NCBI RefSeq assembly: GCF_001194135.2 | Contig: NC_068982.1 | Coordinates: 125,709,245 to 125,764,072, forward strand | Length of the DNA stretch: 54,828 nucleotides | Source: Octopus bimaculoides | Lineage: Eukaryota | Reading direction: 5' to 3' | Shown here: in pieces, positions 11,758-23,558 of the stretch | Layout of the letters: the number at the start of each line of letters is the position of its first letter | Numbering within the stretch: position 1 is the first letter of the stretch | Position numbers and translations under genes: made by a program | The notes under the pieces: model-generated | What the model saw: only the letters and a program-made list of their open reading frames with translations | Database searches by the model: none | What the model was told of the DNA's origin: nothing

Positions 11758-12361
11758 TCTATATCTTGATTGCATAACTAAAACATTCGTCAGAAATTTG
11801 TACTTATTTCCGTTTGTGTATTTAGATTATAAATTCCCACTACCTATAAACACTTTCAAAATTACCCAGTGAAAAATTTTCTTATATAATAAAAGTGTGT
11901 GTGTGTGTGTGTGTGTGTGTGTTCCTTATGGATTCGAAAACTGTTGCCGATTTTGACATGAGGTATCAAAAGATTCAGTAATCTTTCGGCTACCTGGTTG
12001 ATGAACTTTGGGACATAGTGGGACACAATACTCGATTTAACAACAAACACACACACACACACACACTAGATGCAAGAATGACTGTGGCTGAGAAGTTTGC
12101 CTCCCAACCACATGGTTCCATGTTCAGTCTCTCTGCATGGTACCCTGGGCAAGTGTTTTCTAATATAGCTCTAGGCCAACCACACTTGTGATTGAATTTG
12201 GTAGACGGAAATTGCAGCGTTCTTCGTCAGAAAATGACCGCGAAACGTTCATAAAGAGTTGTTTGTTTCATACTACTCGTGTGCCGATTCTGCCCATAAA
12301 TGAACAAATACAATGTGGCTGTAGGTCATAAAACCCGGGCAACGCCGGTGTGCATAGCTAG
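11758..12361 (+). mobile_element. Non-autonomous Helitron
   Basis: It starts A|TCTATATC at 11758 and ends with a GC hairpin (cccgggcaacgccgg) and CTAG|T at 12358-12361. It is inserted between A and T with no TSD, and contains (GT)n/(CA)n tracts and a SINE head. Confidence 0.7.
12072..12218 (+). mobile_element. SINE family A head (tRNA-derived, CORE-like ccttgggcaagt motif), 3'-truncated
   Basis: It contains ctcccaaccacatggttcc, ccctgggcaagtgttttct and atttggtagacggaaa, matching the family consensus seen at 15701 and 35316. Confidence 0.85.
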
Positions 12362-12888
12362 TTAATAAAATAAGATCAAGCTACATAGTCTTCAACAAAT
12401 TATGCAATACCTAAAATATCTTAAAAAGTAAAATATTCTAAATAAGCTACTTCACAATTTTTTTGTAACAGGGTTCTTCTCTCTCAACAACATTTATATA
12501 TGTAAAAGAATGGGGAAGCACCAATATTTCATTTGTGCTCTATCCCACAATTTTTGCCATGAACGATTACCAAACCACGTTGTTGCTCTAAAGTAGAGAT
12601 CACTTCGCATATCTTTGCTTCGATGGTGTTAAAACAATCCTTTTACAAGTGGCACCAATTGTTTTTCTATTACTACCGATTCAAGCATATGTATCAAGCA
12701 CCAATGCACACTTATGCTAGTTTCCGTCCTCGGCACTTCCTGGGCGGACCGTAGCTTTGCTGACAGCACGCAATGAACATTATGCGTAGCAATTTTTCAG
12801 CTACACTTTAAATATGTACACGAAGAGAATTTTTTTAGGATCGTATTTAAAATGCCAATTTTCACGCAATATTATCTTGCATCATAAT

Positions 12889-13093
12889 GCGGCGAGCTAG
12901 CGGAGTCGTTAGCACGCTGGACGAAATGCTTAGCCCTTCGCTACGTTGTTGAGTTCAAATTCTGCCGAGGTTGACTTTACCTTTCGTCCTTTCGGGGTCG
13001 ATAAATTAAGTACCAGTGAAATTCTGGGTTCATTGTAATCGACCAGTCCCTTCCCCCAAAACTTCAGGTTTTGTTCCTTTAATAGAATATTAT
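12889..13093 (+). mobile_element. SINE B, full length, with the alternative (non-Tx1) tail
   Basis: It runs gcggcgagctagcggag, gagttcaaattctgccgaggttgactttacc, cggggtcgataaattaagtaccag and ccccaaaacttcaggttttgttcc. Confidence 0.9.
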
Positions 13094-13449
13094 TTTGCAT
13101 CATAACACCGATCTGGAATTACGTAAATATATCGTCGTAAAGTGTTAGCTGCTAAATGGATGTATATAGGCGGGAGTACTTTCAAAGAACAAGTATGGGA
13201 TTTGGAAATGTTCCGATAAATACGTTCTCTGCAATGGCTTGAGTAAGAAGCAATAGTAAGTTTGCAGATAGCCATTGTTATTAGCTCAGTTTAATCTCGT
13301 AACATTTTCTAAGGTCACCGAAGCATGTAGCATGCATCTCACTACTTTATAGATTCTACACTGTACGGTGGTTGTGGACAGACCCATCTAAAACTTTAAA
13401 AACTTCTGCTTTAAAAAAAATAAATAAAATACATCCAGTTTATAAACAG

Positions 13450-13700
13450 CTGCTTCCCATATTCCCACAAAATCTCTTTAATCAGGATACAAAAGCATTT
13501 GGCATGATATGAGGAAGCAATCCAGCCAATCGTCAGTAAATGCGAAATCTGAGTTTAGATTAGGGATGGTGAGCAGAAACTTTAGACTTAAGAGGATCTA
13601 ACAACTCCAGTCGCTCCATCCAGTTCGCTTAAGCAACTTCAACATAGTCCTCAACGTATAATTCTTGTCAGTCACGATTTAAAGCATACGTGATGTATAG
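13450..13700 (-). mobile_element. Possible Tigger/pogo transposase HTH remnant
   Basis: The minus strand reads SDFAFTDDWLDCF, resembling the CENP-B/Tc5 HTH F..S.GWL..F motif. It is very degenerate. Confidence 0.3.
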
Positions 13701-13894
13701 CGTAGCGCTTAGTCGATGACGAAAAATATGGGCTTGGTAGTCGGGTAAAGCTCCGCGCAAGAAGCTCAATGCCACTGTGTGGTATTTTGGACTTCTGATA
13801 TACCCTCGAAATGACCGATGCCATGAGAATGGAATTGATAGGCAACTGCAGGGAGCCTGCCACACTTGCGCGCGCATACTACTTATAACCAACT

Positions 13895-14045
13895 CACCAA
13901 CCGGAATCAGTATATTTTTTTTAACTGACCCTGGAAGATGAAAGGCAAATTTAACCTCGGGAGAGGGGATTCAAACTCAAAGTACAGTTGGAACAAATAC
14001 CACGAGGCATTCTATCAACCATTCTAACAACTCCGTCAATTCACA
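13895..14045 (-). mobile_element. Degenerate SINE B
   Basis: gaccctggaagatgaaaggcaaatttaacctcgg and ttcaaactcaaa are the reverse complement of the core and head. Confidence 0.6.
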
Positions 14046-14331
14046 CGCGTCTACGCACGCACACATATATAACCGTATATTTATTGTTTATATGTGGATA
14101 TGTATTCGTGTGTGTGTCTATCTTTGCTGCAGACACTGTCTGATTAAAAAAGAAGATTGTCTAAGTTCATGTCATGTGACTTAGCGGAGCGAATAAAAGA
14201 GTGATAAAATATATACCGCTAAGTACTAAGGTCGGTGTGATAATTAAAAATCTTCGAGGTGGTGCTCCAGCATGGCACCAGTCTGATTTCTTCGATTAAA
14301 ACAATATTATCTTTGACTTCTATTGGAAACA

Positions 14332-14872
14332 TAGGCATGGCTGTGTGGCTCACAATTTCGTTTAGAAAGCACGTAGTTTCGGGTTCAGTCTCACTGCGAC
14401 ACTTTGGGCTAATGTCTTCCTTTATATAGCTCCGCGCCGACCAAGGCCTTGTGCGTATATTTCTTATACGGAAACTGTGTGGAAGTTATATATGTGTGTA
14501 TGTGTGTGTGATGTTAGCCCTCCACCGCTTTGTAACCTGTGTATGTTTGTTTACGTCCTCATAATTTAGTGATTCTACAAAAAGTAACCGATAAAATATG
14601 CACCAGATTTTAAATAAATACTGGGGTAGATTTCTTCGAATAAAACCTTCAAGACGGTGCCACAGCATGGCCACAGTCTAATGACTGAAACAAGACAAAG
14701 TAAAGAAAGGCCAAAAGATAATAAATTAATGTGTGGTAAGGAGATTGCTTCCCAACCACAATGTTCCGGGTTCAGTCCACTGCGTGGCACCTTGGGCTAG
14801 TGTCTTCCACAATAGCCTCGGACCGACCAAAGCCTTGTGAGTGGTGGATTTGGCAGTTGGAAACTGAGAGAA
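14332..14872 (+). mobile_element. Two adjacent SINE A copies (about 14332-14705 full length; about 14727-14872 head only)
   Basis: There are two heads (ggctgtgtgg..gggttcagtc..ttgggcta..) and one tail (cggtgccacagcatggccacagtctaatgactgaaac). Confidence 0.85.
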
Positions 14873-15700
14873 GACGGTCTAGCCCACTCTTCTTCATTAT
14901 CTGCATCAACGGCATAGTGGACAACATCAAACATTCTACATTGAAAATCTTTGCAAATGATTCCAAACTCCAGAAAACCATAAACGGTATGGGAGACCGA
15001 ATACGCCTTCAGTCGAATCTGCTGTTGTCCAATGGGCGGGAAAAAAAAAACAGTATGCTTTTAAATGAAGATAAGTTTGATTTGATCCACTTTGGAGAAG
15101 TGGATACTCCACAAATTACCATATGTTCTTCCCTAGTGTCGTCCAACAACACCAGAAACCTTGGAGTAATTGTTGATAAGAATCTAAGCTGGAGTTCCCA
15201 CGTAAACAGCAAGGTTGACTTGGTCCGCAAGATGTACTCCTGGATTCTGAGAACTTTCCGGTCTAGAGATGCCCACACCATTCTTCTCTATTCTACTTTT
15301 GTCCGACCCCACCTTGAATACTGTTGCCTATTGTGGTCTCCCCATACGAAGCAATTCATTATGAAAGTGGAAACACTCCAGAGGTCAATGAGAGGCACTG
15401 ACTATTGGGGTCGACTAAAAGACTCAATCTTCACTCTCTCCAACGCCACCGGGAGCGCTACATCATTTGTGTGAAGTAGAAAATATTCCATCAATATTGC
15501 AGATAATGTCGGCATCAATTTAAAAATCTATCCAAGACTTGGCCCCCATGTTATCCGCCCACTACAAAAATCGAACTCGGGACACATAACATTACGTCAC
15601 AACTACTTTACCTCAACCGGTCCAGCTCTCATTAATATTATACCAAAATATGTCAAAATGGAAACGGATCCCATAAAATTCAAAAGTTCACTGGACACTG
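14873..15700 (+). mobile_element. CR1-like LINE RT C-terminal fragment
   Basis: It reads SPLFFIICINGI..LKIFANDSK (FADD-like), RNLGVIVDKNLSWSSHV and LYSTFVRPHLEYCCLLWSP. Confidence 0.9.
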
Positions 15701-15815
15701 GTTCCGGGTTCAGTCCCACTGCGTGGCACCTTGGGCAAGTGTCTTCTACTATAGCCTCGGGCCGACCAAAGCCTAGTGAGTGGATTTGGTAGACGGAAAC
15801 TGAAAGAAGCCCGTC

Positions 15816-15861
<46 letters not shown>

Positions 15862-16120
15862 ATGTGTGTGTATAAGTTTGTGTGTGTATATGTTTGTGTG
15901 TGTATATGCCTGTGTTTGTCCCCCCCGCCCCACATCACTTGGCAACCGATGCTGATGTGTTTACGTCCCCGTCACTTAGCGGTTCGGCAAAATAGATTGA
16001 TAGAATAAGTACTAGGCTTACAAAGAATAAGTCCTGGGGTCGATTTGCTCGACTAAAGGCGGTGCTCCAGCATGGCTGCAGTCAAATGACTGAAATAGTA
16101 AAAGAGTAAAAGAGTAAGAG

Positions 16121-16171
<51 letters not shown>

Positions 16172-16346
16172 CCCCACCAGCGCTTGGTGTGTTTGTGTCC
16201 CCGAAACTTAGCGGTTCGGTAATAAGGACTGATAGAATAAGTACTAGGCTCACAACAAATAAATCCTGGAGGTCGATTTCTTCGTCGACTGAAGGCGGTG
16301 CTCCAGCATGGCCACAATCAAATGACTGAAACATGTAAAAAGAGTA
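15701..16346 (+). mobile_element. SINE A with a central (TA)n(TG)n microsatellite, followed by a second SINE A 3' half
   Basis: A near-consensus copy spans 15701-16120. The 3' half is repeated at about 16150-16346 after another (TA)(TG) tract. Confidence 0.9.
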
Positions 16347-17834
16347 ACTGATTAATATCGAGAAGACGTCATGTTTCTGTGAACAACATCCGCATTCTCC
16401 AAGCAAACTATGTTTCGTCAGCGGATTGTCATTTTCATTCCACCCCTTTCACAGTCTTATTTTCCTAAGTAGGGAAGTAACGTCTAAGAATGTATTTGAG
16501 GTCAGGCAGCGTTCGTTCAATAAAGTAAAGTGGTTGGATACTGTCAAGTAAACACTATGGGTTGTTTGGTTTTGCAGTTAGTTGTTTTATTTATTTTATT
16601 TCATTTATTCTTTTTTTATTGTTGCTTTCATGTTGTTATCTGAACGGGTTAATAGAAAGCTGGAAATCTATTTATCTGGACTGTGAATAAATAAATTGAC
16701 AAGGCCGTCAGTTAGTGCGCTTTAGGGGTGAACGAAGGGACATCTGCGTGTTGAAAGAGAGACAGAATCAAAAAGAGACAACTGGGGAAAGTTTAGATGA
16801 GGAAGATGTGAGTTAATGAAAGAGAGATGGTGGGAGAGTGTATGTGTGTCTTTGTACTTATATGAGGGTGAAAGAGAGAGTATGGTGTGTGTGAGAGAGA
16901 GAGAAAGAGAGAAAACGGGTGTGTGAGAAAAAGCAGCCGAAAACATGGGAATTCTGCTTTCAATAGAAGTTTTGTTTATTTACATTTTTTACTCAATATT
17001 ATCGTGGAATTTCGTATTATCTTGGAGATTCGCTTCTTGTAATTATAAACCACTGGTCGTAATTAAAGATCTTTGGTGAAGAAACCACCTGGTGGGTTTA
17101 TTATCAAAGTCGATTTCTACTCAACAGCTAATATTTCCTATAAATATATTTCAAAGAATGAAACTCTTATCACGTACTAACCGACCTTGCCTTACCCAGT
17201 TCCACTTTCAAAGCAATTTCCGGGTATGCTTAGAGCAGGTTTCGCAGTCAACTGGAATGCATATTAGAAATATTAGCCCGAACATAAATTTGGATTGGTC
17301 AGAGAATATGAAGAAAAGCCGTGGTGTTGGTGTTAGCGCGCTGTGTGAGTAACCGCTTTCGTCAAAAGAGAAGGCTGTGATTGTTATAGAATTCGAGAAT
17401 TTTCACTAAGAACTTATGAGGATATGTTAACTAGAACGTGCAATCGTATAAGGGATCATTTTGTTCCAGGTTGTGCTATTAAATTAGACAATGCCTGGAC
17501 CAGCTTCGGCCGAAACATATCTAAGTAATCTAAATAATCAACATAAATGTACTTTAGCACGCTGATTACGAAATCACGACTTATTTTTGGAGAAAGTACA
17601 ATTAAAAATACTAAATTCAAGTTTTTGGCGCAGTTTCTTTTTCAAGGCCACATAAGAGTGAAAGTAATTTAATTTGTCAAAACTAGGTGTTTTTCAGTCC
17701 CGCCTCCCCAAAAAGTGGAAGTAGTTTTCTTGTCAGAAAAGAGAAAATGTTTTCTAAGATTCTTGATATAAAACTCTCGTTGGAACAGATTTTGTTGCAT
17801 CTCAGGAAGGTTACAAAATAACAGAAACTATGAA

Positions 17835-18255
17835 ACAACGTTCACTTAAACGTTGATGTTCTGTTAGACAAACTATACCGCAGTGGATACCATGAGAGAA
17901 ACTCTCATATTGGTTTTTGGTGCAAAATGCATTTGTTTATATATTATTTATATTTTTTAACAAGCTAATTGCGACACCAGCGCCTGTTCTGGCACTGTTA
18001 TTCTCTATATTGCTGGAGAGGAGATGAGTCACTGCTTTCTCTAACGGTCGAGCGTCAATCATTGACAAAACCGAAGAAGGTCGAAATCACGTGATCTGGT
18101 AGTCTCGGCGCTGGAGGTGGCTGGGGTTTATCTCCCCGATAGCGATATAAACAATAAGTGGATTTTGCACCAACAGCCAATATGAGAGCTTCTCTCATTG
18201 TATCTGCCGCAGTATAGCTTGTCCTATCAGAATAACCACATTTAAATGGGGATAA
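17835..18255. mobile_element. Palindromic MITE with about 80-100-bp imperfect inverted arms
   Basis: 17863-17940 (tagacaaactataccgcag..ggtgcaaaatg..tttatat) is the reverse complement of 18143-18225. Confidence 0.7.
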
Positions 18256-18411
18256 ATATCACCCCTCGGTATTAATACTGCCACTGTCGCTCATATATAT
18301 TAGTATTCCACGTATAGAATTAGATGTAGATTTGTATGCCGGTTACGAAGATTTGTGTTTTTCTTTCTTTCTTTTTTTTTTCGTGAAATGATTTTGTTTC
18401 TCATAAATGCA

Positions 18412-18500
18412 CAAAGCCTGAAATTTAGGGAACGGGACTAATCGATTACATGGACCCTAGTACTTGACTTGTACTTTACTTTAACGACCCCGAAAATAAG
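18412..18500 (-). mobile_element. SINE B 3' half
   Basis: acaaagcctgaaattt, tcgattac, gtacttta and acgaccccgaaa are the reverse complement of the tail and core. Confidence 0.65.
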
Positions 18501-18964
18501 ACAGTACGATGTTAATCAAGGGTGATTTTGGCTGCTATTTCCAGCAGATTAAGCGACCGTGTATCGGTGGTTCTCAACCATTTTTTGCTTATGGACCCCT
18601 TTGATCCCTTTTTTTACTCTACTTGACCCCCCCCCAAGCCATTCGATGTTTAAAAAATCCTATTATATTTTTTATAATTAAATATTATTAGGAATTGTAT
18701 TAAAAGATTGTTAAAATATTCTGTGTATTTATTCTTTTACTTGCTTCAGTCATTTGACTGCAGCCATGCTGGAGCACCGCCTTAAAGAGTTTTAGTCAAA
18801 GAAATCGCCCCCAGGACTTATTTTTTGTAAGCCTATTACTTTTCCTTTCGGTTCTTTTTGCCGAACCGCTAAGTTACGGGGACATGAACATACCAACATC
18901 GGTTGTCAAGCGATGGTGGGGGAACGAACACAGACACAATGACACACACACGCATGAATATATA

Positions 18965-19485
18965 CAGTAACACCTCATTTTATGAGGACAGGCTTTACGA
19001 GACCCCGGGTTTACGACTTTTATTTTTTAAGCACAAGATCCAAATTTTGAATAAAGTGCTGAAGTTTCTACTACCATAACAAATGTTTTTGCATGTTACC
19101 GAGAAATTTATAGAGAGCGAAAAAGAGTTTCTTCAAAGGAAATAACAACCCTAGAATTGCTTTAAAAAAAATCTACAGCCCATCTACAAGTGCTTGTGAG
19201 TCGGCAATCGTGTCTATAAGTGATGGTGCGTGCGAGTCTAGTATGTGGGAGAGTAATTCAGAAAACGATTATAATAATAATATTTTTTACTGTAAATGAT
19301 TTTGACATTCGTTTTGCATTACATTCTACTGTTGTTTTGTTGCCATTTATTTACTAGTATTATAAATTTTATAGGTAAAATATTTTTCTGGGATCGAATT
19401 ACGATTTATAACATTGCTACTATGGAAAATTATAGCTCTGCTTTACGATTTTTCGATTTACGAAACAAATTAACTCGTATATAAT
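18965..19485. mobile_element. Tigger-like MITE remnant
   Basis: It starts TA|CAGTAACACCTC and ends with ttacgattt/ttacgaaac..ctcgta subterminal motifs typical of Tigger derivatives. The right end is truncated. Confidence 0.5.
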
Positions 19486-19501
19486 TATTGCGGCTTTTTT
19501 T

Positions 19502-20062
19502 CGCTCTTTTCAATTTGACGGACAGATTTTTTAATTAATTTTTTAAAACTAAGCACTTTGAAACTTCGGACACTGGTAGAATGTGTTACATAGAACAGGG
19601 TTTACTCTTAACGTTTTTGACAAAATTTTGTATTTTAGAAGTTATTTCGTGTTAAAGTTGTCGTATTTGGGTAATTTTAACCAACCAATGACGTGTATTC
19701 AGCTGAAGAAAATTACTGCTGCTCTTTGTGAACAACAACTTCCGGGTCCACTCCCCTAACAAAACCCTTTTTCAATAACCAGAGATGTTTTTATAGCAAC
19801 ATAAGTTTGCTGTATCAGGGTTGATTTGAGGCTAAATAACGACAAAATTCTCTTCAGCTGAATACACGTCATTGATTGGTTAAAATTACCCAAATACGAC
19901 AACTTTAACACGAAATAACTTCCAAAATACAAAATTTTGTCAAAAACGTTAAGAGTAAACTCTGTTCTTATGTGACACATTCTACCAGTATCCGAAGTTT
20001 CAAAGTGTTTAGTTTTTTTAAAAAATAATTTTAAAAATCTGTCCGTCAAATAGAATAGATCC
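19502..20062. mobile_element. Foldback MITE, GGATCT family, about 200-bp TIRs, 8-bp TSD
   Basis: Arms at about 19502-19710 and 19852-20062 are near-perfect inverted repeats. The right end is ..gtcaaatagaatagatcc, and CTTTTTTT lies on both sides. Confidence 0.9.
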
Positions 20063-20293
20063 CTTTTTTTCAACAAATTTTATTCATCAAAGACAATAAC
20101 AATATTTAACAAAAACATCTTTAAATGACGGTCTGACCGTCTGCCAAGCAAATGGGAGGCAGTAATTGAAGTAGATGGTGAATATGCACCGGAATAATCA
20201 TTTAAATATGTTTTTGTTACATGTTATTGTTTTTGTTGAATAAAATTTGTTGAAGAAATCTGTCTAGACTCCGTTTAAAGGTAATGGGATCCT
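20063..20293. mobile_element. Short palindromic mariner-like derivative
   Basis: Inverted arms at about 20068-20127 and 20198-20256 flank LPSKWEAVIEVDGEY, which resembles the mariner transposase C-terminus. Confidence 0.6.
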
Positions 20294-21364
20294 TTTCCTC
20301 TTTGATCAGTTTAGGGACAATGTTAAACAGAGCAGGGCCTGTTGAGGAAAAGAAATTGTGTCGCAGTGTACCTATATGTTGTGATCCGACGCGCTTCTTT
20401 CAGTTTCTATCTACCAAATTCACTCACAAAGCTTTGGTCGACCTGAGGCTATAGTAGAAAACACTTGCCCAAGGTGCTACGCAGTGAGGCAGAACTCGGA
20501 GCCATGTGGTTGGGAAGCATACCACACAGCCACGCCTGCGCCTATATTGTAGAAGTATAAGCAATTCATTGCAAATAAATTTTAGCATCAAAATCTTATA
20601 TTGACCCCCAAGGGTCATAAAGAACCCTGTTGAGAACCACTGGTGTAGAAGCTCCCGCAAAAGCCATTTTAACTAGGAGAGAGAGTGCAAGCAGCCGTAC
20701 TAAATCAAACCTGTTGACTGCTTCGCAATTTTGATGGAGGGGTTTTATCACTCTACTGTGCTTTTTATATATTTTTGTCTTTTATTCCTGTTTGCTTCAC
20801 TCTCACTCTCTCTCTCCCTCTTTCTCACATTGTGTCTCTAGCTTTCTTTCCCTCTCTCTCACACACTCTGTGTTTCTAGCTTTCTCTCCTTCATTCTATT
20901 TCTACACAGTTAATGTATCTTCCTCTTCCTTTCTCTCTTCCTACTCATTAAATACAAAACCATCAGTGAGTCGTCCTACATACCAACAGACGTACATAAA
21001 TTCATACACATATATTTCCGTATTTGTGTGTGTAATATTAATTTTCATGCTTCTAGACAGCATGTGAGATACCAGATGAGGAGCGTCTCATTTCTAAATA
21101 TAAAACGAACCCCTGTCACCACCATCCCTTCCATTAAATGCTAAAGGAGCAGTAGGATAGTTTGCTACGGGCTTATATCTTTAGTGAAGACTTTCGGGTA
21201 CACTGCTGCTTGAGACAGTAAATTTTTTGTCGCCTTCTCTTTATTCTGTTACTGTCTCTATAGAATTAATGTGACCTGAAACCGAATACTTGTACTAAAA
21301 TAAAGATAACATCGACTGCGACACGTATACGGAGAGGTCGTGAATGGTAGCTACGAAATTATTT

Positions 21365-21737
21365 GTTGTTGTTGTTGCTGGCACTCCGTCGCTTACGACG
21401 TCGAGGGTTCCAGTCGATCCGATCAACGGAACAGCCTGCTCGTGAAATTAATGTGCAAGTGACTGAGCACTTCACAGACACGTGTACCCTTAATGTAGTT
21501 CTCGGGGATATTCAGCGTGGCACAGTGTGACAAGGCTGACCCTTTGAATTACAGGCACAACAGGAAGTAAGAGTTAGAGAAATTTGTGGTGGAAGAGTAC
21601 AGCAGGTTTCGCCACCATCCCCTGCCGGAACCTCGTGGAGCTTTAGGTGTTTTCGCTCAATAAACACTCACAGCGCCCGGTCTAGGAATCGAAACCGCGA
21701 GTCCGCTGCCCTAACCACTGGGCCATTGCGCCTCCAC
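21365..21737 (-). mobile_element. tRNA-derived SINE (family E), full length
   Basis: The minus-strand head has box A tggcccagtgg and box B ggtttcgattcc, and the element ends in a (CAA)n tail. The 12-bp TSD is ACGAAATTATTT (21353-21364 and 21738-21749). Confidence 0.9.
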
Positions 21738-21769
21738 ACGAAATTATTTATATATATGGTATTATAATA

Positions 21770-23558
21770 ATATTGTTGTATTTCTGGATGATCATTTCTT
21801 TTTTTGCAAAATAAACAAACGCACTATATATTTGTCCTTCACTTGTTTATTACTGTTCTTATTCTAACTCATGTCCATTGTCCGGAAATCTTTCCTCACA
21901 CATCTGTGACCTCTTCAGCAACACTTTCCATCTCGGTGTGTGTTCTTGCTTCTCTTCTTTCATTCTGTTTTTCTATGTTGTGTATCCTTATATATGCATG
22001 CTTTTGCGTCCGTGTTTGTGTGCTTGCGTACGTGTGTGGAGGGGTATGTGTGTGTGTCATTGTTCTTAGTAGCGTCCATGTGTGTATGTGTGTGTTTGTG
22101 CGTGTGTGTATACACGTATACATGTGTCTGTGTATTTACGTACATATACGTATGCAGCGTCCCAAACAGATGACCCGATGACCCGGAAGTTGTTACTCTT
22201 CTATTACTTTCACAAACAGCTGAATACACGTCATTGATTGGTTAAAATTACCTAAATACAACAATTTCAACACGAAGTAACTTCTTAAATACAACATTTT
22301 GTCAAAAGCGTTTTAAACTGTTTAGTTAAAAAAAAATAATAATAATTAAAAAATCTGTGACTAAGATTGAACAGATCCGTTACTGTATGTGTGTTTGTAT
22401 GTGCGTGTAGGTTCGCTTCCTATGTTGTTTGTATCTGTGCCATTTATATAGATTTTTAAATTTATTTATTTATTTTAATCTATATTATATTTTTCACAAG
22501 TACGTGATAAAGATGTTTATTTATTCGTTAATTATCATATTTTACTTATTTATCTATATTTCTTATATTTATCACAGGTATGTGCATATAGGTCTATTGT
22601 GTGTGTGTGTTATTGTTTGCATCTGTGCTTTATTTTTTTATTATTTGTTTTTCCTCTCTCTTCTCCTGTCTTTAGTCGACATGTGTGGTGTGGTGGTGGA
22701 TGTTATTGTTCCATTCGTGTTTTCTATTGAGGCTCGGTCTGTCTATTGCTATGTATGTAGCTTCTGTGATCTGTCTAAGTGTCGTGTTAGTTCTATGCGT
22801 CGATAATACTCTATGCTATTAATCGAGCCTCTATGTTCTGTTTGAGCATGTTGGTAGCGCGCTGACAATCCTTTGTCTTCTTTGGGCTCTCGCCAGTGTT
22901 CATCTATACAGTCCCCTATGTTGCGTGCAGTCTCTGCAATGTAAGTAGCTGTCATATTTCTGCACCGTCCCTCAGTACACATTAAGCTATAAACTACATT
23001 CCTAACCTTATAGTTAACCCGTGGGGCCAGCTTACATACAATGCACTTGTTCTCCGTACACAGGGAGTTACTAAAGGGTACTAGTATCAACAACACAACT
23101 AACAACGACAACAAGACCGGCGATGACAACGATGGCAGCAGCGTGGGCGAACACACACAAACACAGAGAGATACAGGAACTGTACCAAATTTCGAGTCCT
23201 AGAACAGCAGCAGCGACAACAGGGGGGGGGGGCGAGAGGAAGGTCATAGTGCTACTAAGAACAATGACACACACACACATACACCTCCACACACAAGTAC
23301 GCAAACACACAAACACGGACGCAAAAGCATGCATATATAAGGATACACAGCATAGAAGAACAGAATGAAATAAGTGGAACAAGAACACACACGGAGACGG
23401 AAAGTGTCGCTGAAGAGGTCACATATGTGTGAGGAAAGAGTTCTGAACGACGGACATGAGTTACAATAAGAACAGTAATAAATGAGTGAAGAACGAATAT
23501 ACAGTGCGTGTGTTTATTTGGCAAAAAAAAAAAAAGACAGTCCCGAAATACAGCAATA
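21770..23558 (-). mobile_element. 5'-truncated Penelope-like element with a GIY-YIG endonuclease fragment and inverted pseudo-LTRs
   Basis: ORF 22749-23156(-) contains CIVC..NVVYSLMC..C..TYIAETARNIGDCIDEH (GIY-YIG). About 280-bp inverted repeats lie at 21800-22073 and 23251-23530, extending imperfectly to about 21770 and 23558. Confidence 0.8.
22160..22379. mobile_element. Solo right arm of a GGATCT-family MITE
   Basis: It runs cagctgaatacacgtcattgattggttaaaatta to gaacagatcc and matches the right arm of 19502-20062. Confidence 0.8.

Larger units (their letters stand above)
18731..20540 (-). mobile_element. SINE A split by about 1.4 kb of inserts (tail 18731-18960; head 20396-20540)
   Basis: The reverse-complement tail and head of family A are colinear on either side of the inserted block, which sits in the central microsatellite. 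Confidence 0.8.
18566..20642. mobile_element. hAT (Charlie-type) MITE hosting multiple nested insertions
   Basis: The left terminus is cggtggttctcaacc (18566) and the right terminus is gttgagaaccactg (ends 20642). The halves are at about 18566-18730 and 20540-20642. Confidence 0.75.

Noticed and set aside
12215-12260. CTGACGA (minus strand) adjacent to GAAACG (plus strand), resembling hammerhead halves
   Set aside because: The halves lie on opposite strands and cannot form one ribozyme.
21690-21737. tRNA gene (box A and box B present)
   Set aside because: It is the head of a SINE with body, tail and TSD. The anticodon region is truncated and there is no full cloverleaf or terminator.
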